A stretch of 64,000 bases of DNA from Eledone cirrhosa (GCA_964016885.1 OZ024746.1:76012001-76076000), one strand, 5' to 3'. Positions 1 through 14,503 are shown, numbered from the stretch's first letter. Numbers and translations are program-made. Notes: generated by a model not told the origin, from the sequence alone.

Positions 1-603
1 TAAACACCGATTCTTTACTCGTTTTTTGATATTTTTTACTGAACTTTACTGAACTCATTTTAAATGGCAAGACTGAAAATACACTTAGTGAGCACTTCTA
101 AACAAAATATTAAACAACTTGTTGTTTTACATTCTTTAACGCCATGAGTGAAATATTGTAGTGAAATATCTGTGTGAGATCGAGATTTTGATGGATAACA
201 TGGTTGAAGTTTACAAAAACATTTACATAGAGATGGCTGTACTCTGGGGTCGTTTTATATACAAAATCGTAATTTAGTACCGTTTTTGATTTAGCTTCAT
301 GGGTCGTATAATACTCAAGTCGTATTATACACAAAAGAAACACGATCCACGGCATTCGATGATCTTTCTTGTTTCTGCAATCTGTTCTATTAATCCTAAG
401 AATTACCCCTCACACTATTTCCTTTTGACCCCATTTATATATATATATGATTATACACAAGAAATTCTATACCATGTTAACAATTACTTTTGATGATTTC
501 AATTAAGATGTAATTATGATAGAGAATCTAAACAATGTATTGTTTATTTAGTCCCTCTGTTGTTGCCGGGGACCAAAAAGAAAATAAATTAAAATGAAAA
601 AAA

Positions 604-634
<31 letters not shown>

Positions 635-848
635 GAATTAATGAATAGCCTCTGGCAATCTTCCATTAAAAATATTGGAACAGTAAATTTAAAACTTCAA
701 CCTACACAAACGCAACCACCGAGCGTAATATATATATATATGTATATATAATATATATATATATGTATATATAATATGTATATATAATATATATAACTAT
801 TATTATTTTACTATCAACAAAGACGTATATATATATATATACATACAT

Positions 849-901
<53 letters not shown>

Positions 902-1067
902 GTATATATATTATATATATTATATATATATTATATATATATATATATTATATATATATATATATAATATATATGTATATATAATATATATATAATATAT
1001 ATATATAATATATATATATAATATATATAATATATATATAATATATATAATATATATACACATTATG

Positions 1068-1130
<63 letters not shown>

Positions 1131-1153
1131 GTCTTTGTTGATAGTAAAATAAT

Positions 1154-1340
1154 TGTTTCTACATTTGGCACAAGGCCAGCAATTACCCAGTGCATTACTG
1201 GTACTTTATTTTATCGACCCCGTAAGGATGAAAGGCAAAGTTAACCTCGGCGGGATTTGAACTCAGATCATAAAGGGACGTAACTCTATGCTTCAAAGCA
1301 TGGTGTCCGACTCTCTACCGATACTGCCAATCCACCGCCC
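1154..1340 (-). mobile_element. tRNA-derived SINE (family S1), full length, 18-bp TSD
   Basis: A box TGGCAGTATCGG, B box GAGTTCAAATCC. TSD TGTTGATAGTAAAATAAT at 1136-1153 and 1341-1358. Confidence 0.92.
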
Positions 1341-1900
1341 TGTTGATAGTAAAATAATAATAGTTATTTTAAGATGTATACTTCACAATATAACAAAACA
1401 ACTTCACTCAATGCATCATTAATGTATGATGGACATATTAGGTTAGTTGTTTCATGAAGACTGCTGCTGTTGTTGCTCTTCTTGTTGCTGCTGTTGTTGC
1501 TTCTCTTATTGCTGCTGCTGTTGATGCTGCTGTTGCTGCTGCTGTGGCTGTTGTTGTTATCAGAGATACAAACACAGTAAATAAATAAATGAATAATTAC
1601 ATAAATAAACAAATGACAGAGGCATCGTTGTGTGGTTAAGAAGTTCATTTTGCTATGACGGGGTTTTGGTTTAATTCTCGCCGTGTGGTATCTTCAGCAG
1701 GTGTCTTGTATTATAACCTGGGATTGACCGTCTCTGCCTGTAATTGCCCCTCACCTTCATCTTCTTATTTTTTCTTTCCTGATAAAGGACTAGCATCCGG
1801 TATTTTGATACATTCATTTTACTTTTCCAACAAGCGTGAAACTAATAAAACTTTGTGTAACTGTATCTCTGTGTTAGTCTTTTTTAATCTTGAGCTACAT

Positions 1901-2085
1901 AATTATTGTTTCTACTTTTGGCACAAGGCCAGCAATTATCTCAGTGTATTACTGGTACTTTATTCTATCGACCCCGTAAGGATGAAAGGTAAAGTTAACC
2001 TCGGCGGGATTTGAACTCAGTCCGTAAAGGGACGTAACTCTTTGCTGCAAAGCATGGCGTCCGACCCTCTACCGATACTGCCAAT
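1901..2085 (-). mobile_element. SINE S1
   Basis: High similarity to 1154-1340. Confidence 0.9.
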
Positions 2086-2093
2086 ATAATTAT

Positions 2094-2129
<36 letters not shown>

Positions 2130-2743
2130 CTATGTTTACGTTTTGTTGTCTGTGTCTGAGTTTATCGTAGTTTTGTGGCTCGACAAAAAAAAGAGATCGA
2201 CAAAATAAGTAGCAGGCTTGAAAAAATATATACCGAGGCTGATATGATCGACTAAATCAAGGCACTGCACCAGCATGGCCATATCCTACTGACTGAAACG
2301 AATAAAAATAAATGAATAAAAATTAAAAGAAAAAAAGAAAAGAAAAATTCCTAGTAAAGCTATTACCATAGAGGAACGGTATCGAATTCCCAATTTGGAT
2401 AATTGAACGATTTATGTGTTCTCGACTGTCAGTTTGGAATTAAATTGAACGTTAATATAGATACGGAAAATATAAATATATATATGTATACTAGTTGTAA
2501 TAGGTAGGTAAAAATATCCAAGGTAGAGAGCAACTCAAGTCCATAGGGCGAGGTGGAATATAATTATTAAGGCCAGTTACTATAAAGGTGAAAACGAAAT
2601 TTCTGGCATGGCGCTGTTGTAGTAACTGGCCTTAATAATTATATATATATATTTGGTAACCCTTGCAAGCAGGGAAAAGCGGACGTAAAATGATGATGAT
2701 GATGATGATGATGATGATATATATATATAATTTTATCTGAGTG

Positions 2744-3029
<286 letters not shown>

Positions 3030-3446
3030 CATATTCTGGTATTTAGGGTTTGGTTATGTGTATACGGGAGTTTTGCGTCTGCGTGAGTATTCAGGTTCGT
3101 ACGTATGGTGGGTGTGTGTATATGTGTACTTCTTGTTTTAGTTGACTTACGTCTCCGAACATTCGTGTATTTTTTTGTAGGTATGTGTGTGCGCTTGTTA
3201 TATACGTATTTATTTACTTATATACATTTATATAATTATTTATTTATTTGTACACAAGCATACACACACACACATATTTATATTTGCGTGGTTTTGTATA
3301 CCTATGGTAAGGTTTTGCGTATGCTTGTGTATGTACGTATCTGTTTGCGCGTATGTACTTATTTGTCTCTATTACTTCTGTATTGCATTTATTTACTTTG
3401 TTCTTAACTCTGTAGCGGAGATTCATTTGCTCTCCTAGTTAGAATT

Positions 3447-3715
3447 TTAGTCTACGACTTCTGCTATACCATTTACGAGGTTTTGTCTTTGCGTGCTATT
3501 GTTCTCCACGCTCCACAATTGACTTATTATCTTCGTTTTTTCGTTCATTGCCAGAGAACGTCTCTATGCACCACCTAAGAGAACATTAGTCTACGACCTC
3601 ATTTATACCATAAACGTGGTTCTGTCGTTGCGCGTAATTGTTTTTCACCGCTCCTATTAATGACGTATTATTCGTTTTTTCCCGTTCTTTGCCAGCGAAC
3701 GTTACCACGAACCAA
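3447..3715. repeat. Diverged 139-bp tandem duplication
   Basis: TTAGTCTACGAC at 3447 and 3586 with colinear downstream similarity. Confidence 0.75.
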
Positions 3716-3795
3716 AGTATCGTCTTCCTGTCTTCCTCCGGTTGCAACGTTTTTTGAAATATCCAGTTCTGCGTTTACAGATTGACTTTGTTAGT

Positions 3796-3948
3796 TTCAG
3801 AAGATCCCGTTAAGGGTGAAAGCAGCGATTCTTTGCTTAAACTTTAATCTGTTATTTTAATAAATATTTGCTCTACGGTTCTTATATATTTGATATATAT
3901 TTTCCTTATCGAGCCCTCTTTGGATTTTAGTCTCCATTTTATTATTAT

Positions 3949-3953
<5 letters not shown>
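3796..3953. repeat. TA-adjacent dispersed repeat
   Basis: Near-identical to ~57078-57238. Confidence 0.85.
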
Positions 3954-4000
<47 letters not shown>

Positions 4001-4068
4001 GCTTATCCCGAGTTCAATCGGGGGGTAACCACACTAAGTAAGGGACTCAATACATAGCAGAGTATAAA

Positions 4069-4190
4069 TATTTAATATAGAAATGGCTTCTACAGGACTG
4101 GAACTGTTTCATTCGGGAGAATTCGGCTTCCTGGTGATTTCTCCCGAATGAAACAGTTCTAGTCATGTAGAAGTCATTTCTATATTAAAT
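4069..4190. repeat. Imperfect hairpin between TA-rich arrays
   Basis: TATTTAATATAGAAATG...GGGAGAA / TTCTCCC...CATTTCTATATTAAATA. Confidence 0.8.
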
Positions 4191-4218
4191 ATATCTATCT
4201 ATCTATATATATATATCT

Positions 4219-4310
<92 letters not shown>

Positions 4311-4342
4311 AGAAATGTATATTCTAATATATATATTATTAT

Positions 4343-4414
<72 letters not shown>

Positions 4415-4772
4415 ATTATTAGAAATATATATATATAAATATATATATATATAGTCCCCCGTTTGTCTGTAAGTCTTATATTTTTATGTGAGCTGATAGA
4501 TGACGGTTTAAGGATTTACAGAAACCCAAGAAGCTAGATATTCCATCTCTCTAGTGGGTCCGGGTATGCTTTTTACATTCATTTCATTTTATCCCGAATC
4601 TTCCATATCGAACTTTTCGGTTATTTGGTTGATTGTAGACATATTCTACGTGTGACGGTATTTTAACGATAGTTATAGCTCTGATTTATTTGAATTATAG
4701 AGCCCTCTGCCGCTCATCTCGAATTTTGTTTATCGTGAACTCGTGCGCCGATTTTTCGATACTCGATTATTC

Positions 4773-4832
<60 letters not shown>

Positions 4833-5925
4833 AGAAATGTATATTCTAATATATATATATATATTATTAGAAATATATATATATATATATACATATATCA
4901 CTATATATATATCACTATATAGCGAGAAGACTCGGTCTGGCCTGATCATTTCAATTGATCATATCGCATTGCTATCTTAAAATCCAGGTATGATCGCTGT
5001 ATAATATGAATGTCAGAATTAATATGGTGATGTTCTTTAAATGTGTTTGCTGAGATTATTGATCACAGTCTAAAAGCAGCCCTAAAACCTAGCATTAGAA
5101 GTAACATGTAATGATATCAAGATTGACTACTGCAATCTATTAACATTCTAACACCATTCAACTGATCCGTGCTAATCCTTATCTATATATTTGAAGGTTT
5201 CCTTCAAAGACCTGACCCGAATACTTGCAACAGGGAGGAGCTTGCTAAAAAAAAAAAAAAAACAGTAAATAAATGGCAGTGTCAAACTAGGCAACAGATT
5301 AAGAGAAGTAGACTTATACGTCGTCTTCCTTAACACCACCATATGACTCTTGAGTGTCCACTCCGTTGTAAGAATTTGTGCCAGATCTCCAGATTGAGGA
5401 TATCTCATTTCCTTCTCCTCTCCTATGAGCCACGGAGGCAATGAAAGTGTCAAAGTCACTGCATTCCCCTCACGCCCGACAGGCTTCCACACACTTTCCG
5501 TCGACCAAATTATACTACTCACATTGATTGTGCAGACCCAAGACTATAGTAGAAAAAAAGTTTGCCAAAATATCGCGAACATCTTAACGTTATATCAACG
5601 ATTGAAGGGTAGAACATAAGAAATGTGAGCCACAAAGAACATAAGAAATATGAGCAACATAGTTTTGTTTTCTAGTTGAAGTTATTTCAGTTCACCTACG
5701 TCACTACTGTCCTCGAGAGGGACAAAGGGTTATACAGCTTAAACTTCATGTTTACTGGTAAGAAGGCAACAAAGGACAATTACAGTGTTTTCTCAATGGG
5801 AGTCTTGGCAAACTACATCCGGATACGTATATGAACAAAAACAACGACAACAACAACAAAATATTGATAATGAAAGTATTAAATCTATAAACAGTTGGGT
5901 GTGTGTTAGTGTGTTTGTTTGTTTA

Positions 5926-5961
<36 letters not shown>

Positions 5962-5974
5962 CGTGCGTGCGGTT

Positions 5975-6230
5975 GAAGGAACGTGGATTTGTGGTTAGGC
6001 TGTTCGATCGTAAGGTCGTGAGTTCGATTCCTGGTGCAAGCCACTTTATTTCATGTTGCTAGAATCCACTCAGCTGGAAAAAAAAATGTGTTATATTTGT
6101 AATTCAAAGGGCCAGCTTTGTTGTCACCCCCTGTGTCAGGCTGAATTTCCTTCAGAACTACGTTAAGGGTACACGTGTTTGTGGAATGGTCAAGCACTTG
6201 CACATTAATTTCGCGAGCAGACTGTTCCAT
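5975..6230 (+). mobile_element. Second tRNA-derived SINE family (S2)
   Basis: B box GAGTTCGATTCC and a block AACTACGTTAAGGGTACACGTG..GCACATTAATTTC. The block recurs at ~31445-31700, 37050-37230, 26085-26170 and 50870-51070 (-). Confidence 0.65.
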
Positions 6231-6477
6231 GTTTGTGTGTATGTGTGTGTATGTGTGTGTGGGGAGGGGGCACTCGTATGTGTATAAACATGACAGAGAG
6301 ACATAGAGCGAGAGAGAGAGAGAAAGGAAAGATGGAAGAAAGGGAGGAAGAAAGAAAGAAAGTGAAAGAGAGAGTGTGTGTGTGAGAGAGGGAGAGAGAG
6401 AGAGAGCGAGAGACAGAGAGAAAGAAAGAAAAGAAAGATGGAAGAAAGGATGGAAGAAAGAAAGTGAGAGAGAAAAA

Positions 6478-6515
<38 letters not shown>

Positions 6516-6838
6516 GTAACACGTGTGGATAGATAGTCAGTCGTTGGCTGAAAGGTAATTCTTTGTTTACGTTTGGTAATGTTTCTAATTATGCTGATTA
6601 TTTTGTTTTGGTTTTGCAGATTAAAACCTTCATTTGTTTATATCAGAGAGTTTTGTATTGTTTTACTACTGTCTGCCGTCTATATCTGTTGAGTGTCGAA
6701 TACACACAACACACGTTCCCAGAGAAAGAGAGAAAGACATGATCCGTCTAACTATATTATCAGCAACGTTGGAAACATGTTATCTTCGTCAACATTTTCA
6801 CCAGTATTCACCATCTCCCCCCCCTCTCTATCTATATA

Positions 6839-6946
<108 letters not shown>

Positions 6947-7408
6947 ATGGGTTCGATTTTGGGGTTGCGTGTTGTGTTCTTGAGCAAAACACTTCATTTC
7001 ACGTTGCTCCAGTATAATCAGCTGAAAATGAGTACCTGCAATGGACTGGCATCCTGTCCAGTGGGAAGTCTTGTACTCTCAGTCGCTTCACGCCATGAAA
7101 CCAGGGTAAGCACCGGCCAAATGAGCCTTCTGTCTGAAGACAGACTTTAGACTTTTAGACATATGTATGTATGCATATATATACGCATGTCTCTCTTTTT
7201 CTCTCTGAGTCGATCGACAAGTCGATCCCAGACCTCATTCGCTTAACGGTCTATCCCATTGCTAATACTATCTGTCGGTCGCAAAGGAATCTGGGAATGG
7301 AAATCACAAACTCACGATTACATACCCAATTCTCTAGCCACTCAGTCACGCACCTTCACAATGTATATATCATATATATCATATTATATTATATTAAGTT
7401 ATATTTAA

Positions 7409-7495
7409 CTTTGCCTTTCACCCTTACGGGGTCGATAAAATAAAGTACCAGTAATGCACTGGGTAATTGCTGGCCTTGTGCCTAAAGTAGAAACA
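7409..7495 (+). mobile_element. 5'-truncated SINE S1 with 21-bp TSD
   Basis: TSD ATTATATTAAGTTATATTTAA at 7388-7408 and 7496-7516. Confidence 0.88.
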
Positions 7496-7863
7496 ATTAT
7501 ATTAAGTTATATTTAATGGAAACTTAAATCAAGACACGGAGATGTCAGGATAATTTAAATTGTAAATAGAAAAAAGCTGTTATTAAATACGTTAACAAAT
7601 ATTATAAAGCAACCATTTTGTTTTAAATTACGGTTGAAGACTGATATCTGCTTATTCAAGTAATGAGAAAATATAACGGTTCGAAGATACATCATAATTG
7701 AAAACTGCAGTAAACAGTAACGTAAGAATATAAAAGAATCAATACCAATTTTTTTTAATTCTCGCAATCTACGTTCGAGAAATCGCTATGGTAATCCCTA
7801 AACCCCACACGTTAACTCATAAGATCGATATACTAAATTATTAAGGAAAGATCTCTTTCACTG

Positions 7864-7872
7864 ATACATACA

Positions 7873-7905
<33 letters not shown>

Positions 7906-8900
7906 CTAAGCACGCACGCATGCATACATACATACATATATGCACGCACGCGTGCATGCATATATACATACAATATGCACACACGTATGCATGCATTCAT
8001 ACATACATACATACACAACATACATACATACATATATGCATACATACATACATACATACATGCTTGCATGCATACATGTATGCATGCATACACGCTTGCA
8101 TACAAATATATATACATACGTACGTACATACATGCATACATACATATATCTAAGCACGCACGCATGCATTCATACATATATGCACGCACGCGTGCATGCA
8201 TATATACATACATATATGCACACACGTATGCATGCATTCATACATACATACATACACAACATACATACATACATATATGCATACACGCATACATACATAC
8301 ATACATACATACATACATACATACATACATACATACATACATACATACATACATACATGCTTGCATGCATACATGTATGCATGCATACACGCTTGCATAC
8401 AAATATATATACATACGTACGTACATACATGCATACATACATATATCTAAGCACGCACGCATGCATACATACATATATGCACGCACGCGTGCATGCATAT
8501 ATACATACATATATGCACACACGTATGCATGCATTCATACATACATACATACATACACAACATACATACATACATATATGCATACACGCATACATACATA
8601 CATACATACATACATACATACATACATACATACATACATGCTTGCATGCATACACGCTTGCATACAAATATATATATACATACGTACGTACATACATGCA
8701 TACATACATATATCTAAGCACGCACGCATGCATACATACATATATGCACGCACGCGTGCATGCATATATACATACATATATGCACACACGTATGCATGCA
8801 TTCATACATACATACACAACATACATACATACATATATGCATACACGCATACATACATACATACATACATACATACATACATACATACATACATACATAC
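7864..8900. repeat. Higher-order repeat built from (CATA)n variants, ~240-300-bp units
   Basis: Marker TATATCTAAGCACGCACGCATGC at ~7901, 8145, 8442 and 8709. Confidence 0.9.
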
Positions 8901-8901
8901 A

Positions 8902-9311
8902 TGGTGGCTGCCAACTCGTTTTCGAGTACGGCTACTACTTTATATCCATGTAGGAGAACCCCTACCAATGCACTGAACGAGTGTGACTTTTTAGTCCAGC
9001 CAGCGACTTGAAAACTCTGGTACAAACACTACACCTGTGACAATTATTGGCACATAGTGCTGGGCCCATGGTATCATGTGACGACAAGTGCAGGGAGATC
9101 TCCAGATATAAAGCAATGCCTGTGCCGTGAAGCTTTTATAGTGAGCAAAGGCACTGCACAAAGCCAGTCCCACTCTCTTAACCAAGATGATATTTACCAA
9201 AAAGAAGAACAAGTCAACATCATTGGATACCATCAGAGTTGCAGGTGTTATATCAGAGTTTTCCTTCTCCTAGAATTCTGCCTTGACAAAGGCTAAGGGG
9301 TCATCTCTCCC
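8902..9311 (-). mobile_element. 5'-truncated family A element, copy 4
   Basis: Matches the 3' ~410 bp of family A, starting at GGGAGAGATGACCCC. (CATA)n on both sides. Confidence 0.88.
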
Positions 9312-9330
9312 ACATACATACATACATACA

Positions 9331-9363
<33 letters not shown>

Positions 9364-9885
9364 GCACGCACGCATGCATACATACATTCATACATGTTTA
9401 GCAAAACAATTGCTAGTGTTGGCAGTAGCTATTTTAGTGGTTATGTGGTTGGTTGCTGTTTGTTGTTGGTCGATGTGATGTATGTGTTGTGGTATTCAGT
9501 GGCAGACTTGCCAGGTTGCCAGGTTACCCAATGGCAAGTGAACCCGAGGGGGCCTACGGTAACATTGCAAGAACCCACAGTAGTATTTTAGGGGCAAATG
9601 CTTTGCTTTAAAAAAATACCTGAAATCTAAGAGAAAGAATAAATAAAAAAATATAATAAATAAAACAATTAAGCAAAGCATTTGGTCAACCAATTCCCCG
9701 GGGAATTAATAGAAACCAAAATATACGATAATGCAAATAGCTGGAATCAGTGGTTGTACATTGTACTAAATCTAAAGCTTAGTGTATTCATTCATGCATG
9801 GAAACATACATATATAGACACACAAGCATATATATATATATATATATATATATGCTTGTGATGCAGTAAAAGAGATTTATTCGGT

Positions 9886-10000
9886 TCTTACGTACGTTTC
9901 AATAGACATCAATTTGCCTAGATCTCGCTACATCTATAATATTATATATTTAGTAGAGCATTCGATATCCAATGCACAATCGATCCCATATCATCAGAGA
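9886..10000 (-). ncRNA. Minimal hammerhead candidate
   Basis: TCT-CTGATGA-TATGG...CTATT-GAAAC-GTAC-GTA-AGA: short stem I, palindromic tetraloop. Confidence 0.5.
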
Positions 10001-10014
10001 TTATGTTTTGAAAA

Positions 10015-10287
10015 TTTTGAAAGTAGGTTTATAAGTATGAATTTTCATAAGGGTTTCGTAGTTGTCTCCGTGGCCTAGCGGTAGGTACTAGAGACAGTGG
10101 AGATCCTGGCCGTGGGTTCAATCCTGGTCAAGAGGTACAACCCATAGGGAAAAAAACTGAACCCTACTCCTGACCAGGATCGAACTTCAGACCAAGATCA
10201 CCACTGTCTATGATTCCTCCAGGTAGGCCACCGAGACAGCTACAAAAGTATAATGAAAATTGATAAGTATAAACCTACTTTCAAAAT
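10015..10287. repeat. Diverged inverted repeat with tRNA-like A/B boxes in each arm
   Basis: TTTTGAAAGTAGGTTTATA / TATAAACCTACTTTCAAAA termini, with GTGGCCTAGCGG and GGTTCAATCC. Confidence 0.7.
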
Positions 10288-10738
10288 CAAAGTTAAAAAG
10301 ATGTGGTGTCGTTCATGGCTTTCCTAGAGCTATTAGTAATATTTAGGGTCGACTTCTGGTCATTATTGAAAGTCTCTCTCTGGATTTCGCAAAATACATG
10401 ATATTTTTTATTGGAGAAGGTAAGATATTTTTTCCGCAAACATTTGATTGCACTGCTTTGTTTCCATGTATTTTTTGAAAATGTTATTTATTCATTATAA
10501 AAATTAAATGATAGCATTCTATATGTAGGTGGGCCCCCTTCATCTCCTGGCCACCAATATTTTTAGACCCAGTCCGCCATTGGTGGTATTGTTGAAAAAG
10601 AATCAGGACCACGATGAATTGCGAACAAATTTAGATATTTTTATTTCTTCCATGTAATGTCTTGTTGACTTTGTATTTTCTGTTCGCTTTTTTACATACA
10701 TACACACATTCACAAACACAAACACAAACACACACACG

Positions 10739-10792
<54 letters not shown>

Positions 10793-11159
10793 AGGTAGGA
10801 CTTATAACCCCATTAGAACTCAGTGTATTGTAGATACGAATAACCCATGGAAACAAAGTATAATTTGTTTTTTGTTGAAAAGTGTTATCTTATTACACGT
10901 TGTTGAGTATTCATAAACTATAATGTCAGATTATAAAGTTGACCAATGAAAACAAATAAGACAAAGTTTAGTACTTAATTAACCCACTGTTTACGATCGT
11001 TTCAAAGGGCAAAATAAGCTAAGATGTAATCGATATATTGTCTAACAGCAATTATGTAACTCCATAGTATTAACCTCGATAAAATACATCCATTCAATTG
11101 TTCATCCTTGTTTAATGGATTAATTAAGTACTTAAACTTGTCCTATTTGTTTTTATTGG

Positions 11160-12651
11160 GGTTTTGACTGGAACATTCCACCAGTACTGTTTCATGTTAT
11201 GTATACACATGCCCCCTGCATCACTGTAACTTTTTATATTTTATTCTCAGGGTTATCTTTTCTATGGATTGCATTGTATAGTGTTTTGATCACTACATCA
11301 TTCCTCATAGGTAGACAGTATCGTGATGACATCTTTAGACAGCTGCTTATGATGTGATATCCTCGGTGTTTCTTCCGTAGTCTGCGTATGTCGTCACATT
11401 TAGGTGTTTTGTTTGCATCTCTATCTCTTTTGTATTTTGTTGTTATTTCCTGTTCTTGGATCGCAAAAGGATATCCTTCGAATTGAAAGCTAATATACTA
11501 GTTGTTGGTCAAAGATAGACTACTTTGCTTATCTATATTATTATTTGAAGCTTTTTGGCAATATAGCCATGCTAGATATTTTTTTGCTGATAAGCAAGCA
11601 GCTTTTCATCCATAGATTCATCACTGTATTGCTGTGCAATTTCCCTGGGCGTGAGTTTTGGGTTTTCATGCAGGGAGTATTTCACAAGGAGATCCTTCAC
11701 AACACACATGATGTTATCTTTCTCCTGTAGAAATGGATGGGCGTCTACGCTTGGTGGTTCGTAGATGTTGTCGGAAAGATATGGTGCGACATTCAAATGC
11801 TGTTCAGACTGATGTTACCCCTTTGTCTTCCTGTTTACGTTTTAGATAATGACGGTCTATGTCACTGTCAATGTTGAAATTTCTGGTGCCAGTTAGAACT
11901 TTCGAGTTTTAACGTTAATGGTTCCAATTTTAGCGCCCAGTCAAGAATTCCAAATATTGGTGTCAGGACAGGCACAGCAAACACACTGTGGGTTACTGAT
12001 TTATTGTGTGCAGAGAGTTAAGAAAACTATATTTTTCTTATTCGGGCGTTGTATTCTCTGGCTACTCGTTCCTTGTGACCACTTCTATCATAGAATATAT
12101 TATCATCTATCCCTAACTATCTGTAGCAATCCTCGTCAGATACAAATGAAACATTCAGGCCATTGATAGAGATGTTGCTAGATTAGCTTGTAGTTTTACA
12201 CAGCTTTACAATCATATAGGAACATTTATCTTGGCGAAAATTCATCCCTACATCTTTCGAGAATGTCGTAACCAGGTCAAGGTTTTTGTTCAAACCGTTT
12301 ATATTTTTGGCATGAAGTTTTAGGTCATCCTCAAAGAAGTTATGTTAGGTTAGTGTTTCTGGCCTCCTGTGAACAAATTACGTATCATTCATATTTCTTC
12401 AGTATAAAGGGCAAGGAGTTTACTGACAGTATAAATAGCATTTCAGGTTCTGGCATGCAATAGGTAAGTAGTTTTTGCCAAGTGGGTCTCTTTGTTTTAG
12501 GGGATCAATCTTGTCTCTGTTAATGTCAACCAGCTTGGTATATGTGTATTTCCTTTGTGAGCTTGCTGATGTCTCTTCTTGGTGCTTTCTTCACAGTCTC
12601 AAGGGTAACATCATTGGTGGTGTATGATTTTGGTTTAACGCAGGGGCAGTA
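11160..12651 (-). pseudogene. Old, degenerate R4/Dong-like retrotransposon related to 28132-29889
   Basis: Minus-strand remnants with stops and frameshifts are colinear with the intact ORF: NYLPIACQNL, MLFILSVN, NFFEDDLKLHAKNINGLNKNLDLVTTFSKDVGMNF, NFNIDSDIDRHYLKRK, IQEQEITTKY, SSCLKMSSRYCLPMRND, QYWWNVPVKT. Its 5' end abuts (TATG)n at ~12652. Confidence 0.8.
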
Positions 12652-12749
12652 GTATGTATGTATGTATGTATGTATGTATGTATGTATGTATGTATGTATG
12701 TATGTATGTATGTATGCATGCATGTAAGTATGATTGTATGTCTCTTTCT

Positions 12750-12821
<72 letters not shown>

Positions 12822-12875
12822 CACTCTTATAATCATTTACTCATTTTACTCATTTTACTCGTTTACCCGTTTCAT

Positions 12876-13014
<139 letters not shown>

Positions 13015-13359
13015 ATACATGTGTGTTTAGAATTATGGTTTGCTTTCAGTTTCTTCGGTTCTCATAATTTATTGGAAGCTGTTGTGAAGTTGATAAGTCT
13101 GGAATCTAGAACAACACACAGTTGGCGATGCTACTTCGTCTTTCAATTAAAATGGCGTTGGTTGAGTTAAGTAGAGCTGATGTGTGGATGGATGTTTGAC
13201 AGGCAAACCATATCTAATTATCATCTGGTTGCTGAGAAAATATTTTGTGCGCTGTTGATATTCACAGTTTGTGCTTTATTTATTAGTAGGTTAGTTTGCG
13301 AATTTAATTGCATATTAATATGCCTTTCAAAGATATTGTTTCGTGTGTCTGGTCTGTGC

Positions 13360-13466
<107 letters not shown>

Positions 13467-13564
13467 GAAATATAACATGGTGATTTAGTTGTTCTGTAAA
13501 CCCAGTGGAAATTAGATGCATATTTCAGAGTATACTCATACGATATTATTATGGAAACAGCATA

Positions 13565-13962
13565 ATAATTGTTTCTACTTTTGGCATAAGGCCAGCAATT
13601 ACCCAGTGCATTACTGGTACTTTATTTTATCGACCCCGTAAGGATGAAAGTCAAAGTTAACCTCAAATCCCGCCGAGGTTAACTTTGCCTTTCATCCTTA
13701 CGAGGTCGATAAAATAAAGTACCAGTAATGCACTGGGTAATTGCTGGCCTTGTGCCAAAAATAGAAACAATTATTATTGGATTGGCAGAATCGGTAGAGA
13801 GTCAGACGCCATGCTTTCCAGCATACTTACGTCCCTTTACGGTCTGAGTTCAAATCCCGCCGAGGTTACCTTTGCCTTTCATCCTTACGAGGTCGATAAA
13901 ATAAAGTACCAGTAATGCACTGGGTAATTGCTGGCCTTGTGCCAAACGTAGAAACAATTATT
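13565..13962. mobile_element. Compound S1 SINE: inverted 3' half + direct 3' half + near-full copy
   Basis: 13565-13665 (-), 13665-13778 (+), 13779-13962 (+). Confidence 0.88.
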
Positions 13963-14265
13963 GTGGAAACACCAATAACTATTTTATGTAATGCATATGA
14001 CAAGGTAGGAATTATCACTTATATCACAATTAGATTCTCATATATATATATGTGTGTGTACATGTGTATGCGTGTATCTTTGTATATGTGTTTGTATGCG
14101 TGTATCTGTATATTTTGATCTCTATTTTTATGTTCATGTTTATGTATGTGTGCATGTATGTATATCTGATTCTGTGTGTACGTGTATTTTTTCCATTATT
14201 TTAATTGAGTCTCACTTCCATTTGTAATAGATTTTATTTCATATCTTATATCCATAACAAAGATT

Positions 14266-14335
14266 TTCCATCTGATGAACGAAACAGACGTTTCTGTTAG
14301 AATCGTCTAACTTCGTGAAACCTTGGGTAATGGAA
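14266..14335 (+). ncRNA. Type I hammerhead ribozyme candidate
   Basis: TTCCAT-CTGATGA-ACGAA...TTCGT-GAAA-CC(TTG)GG-TA-ATGGAA: 6-bp stem I, extended stem II, GUA triplet. AATAAA and a TA array follow. Confidence 0.8.
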
Positions 14336-14381
14336 TAATTATATTGTGTTGTTTATTACATAATAAATATATATATATATA

Positions 14382-14419
<38 letters not shown>

Positions 14420-14503
14420 CGAAACATGATCTAAAAGACTCCATCAGGTGGTGCTATTAAGTTAGACTTGGTCTGAGCCTATACTGGCCGAAACCTATCT
14501 AAG

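Noticed and set aside
1154-1340. tRNA gene
   Set aside because: The A/B boxes belong to a multi-copy SINE with a TSD, and no cloverleaf is evident.
3796-3835. Hammerhead-like CAGAAGA-TCCC..GGGT-GAAAG
   Set aside because: U4 and the NUH site are non-canonical and stem I is not convincing.
5172-5619. 116-aa and 64-aa non-repetitive ORFs
   Set aside because: No recognisable motif. They may be a decayed LINE ORF1, but I cannot support that.
7940-8976. 337-aa and 333-aa ORFs
   Set aside because: They are stop-free CATA satellite translations.
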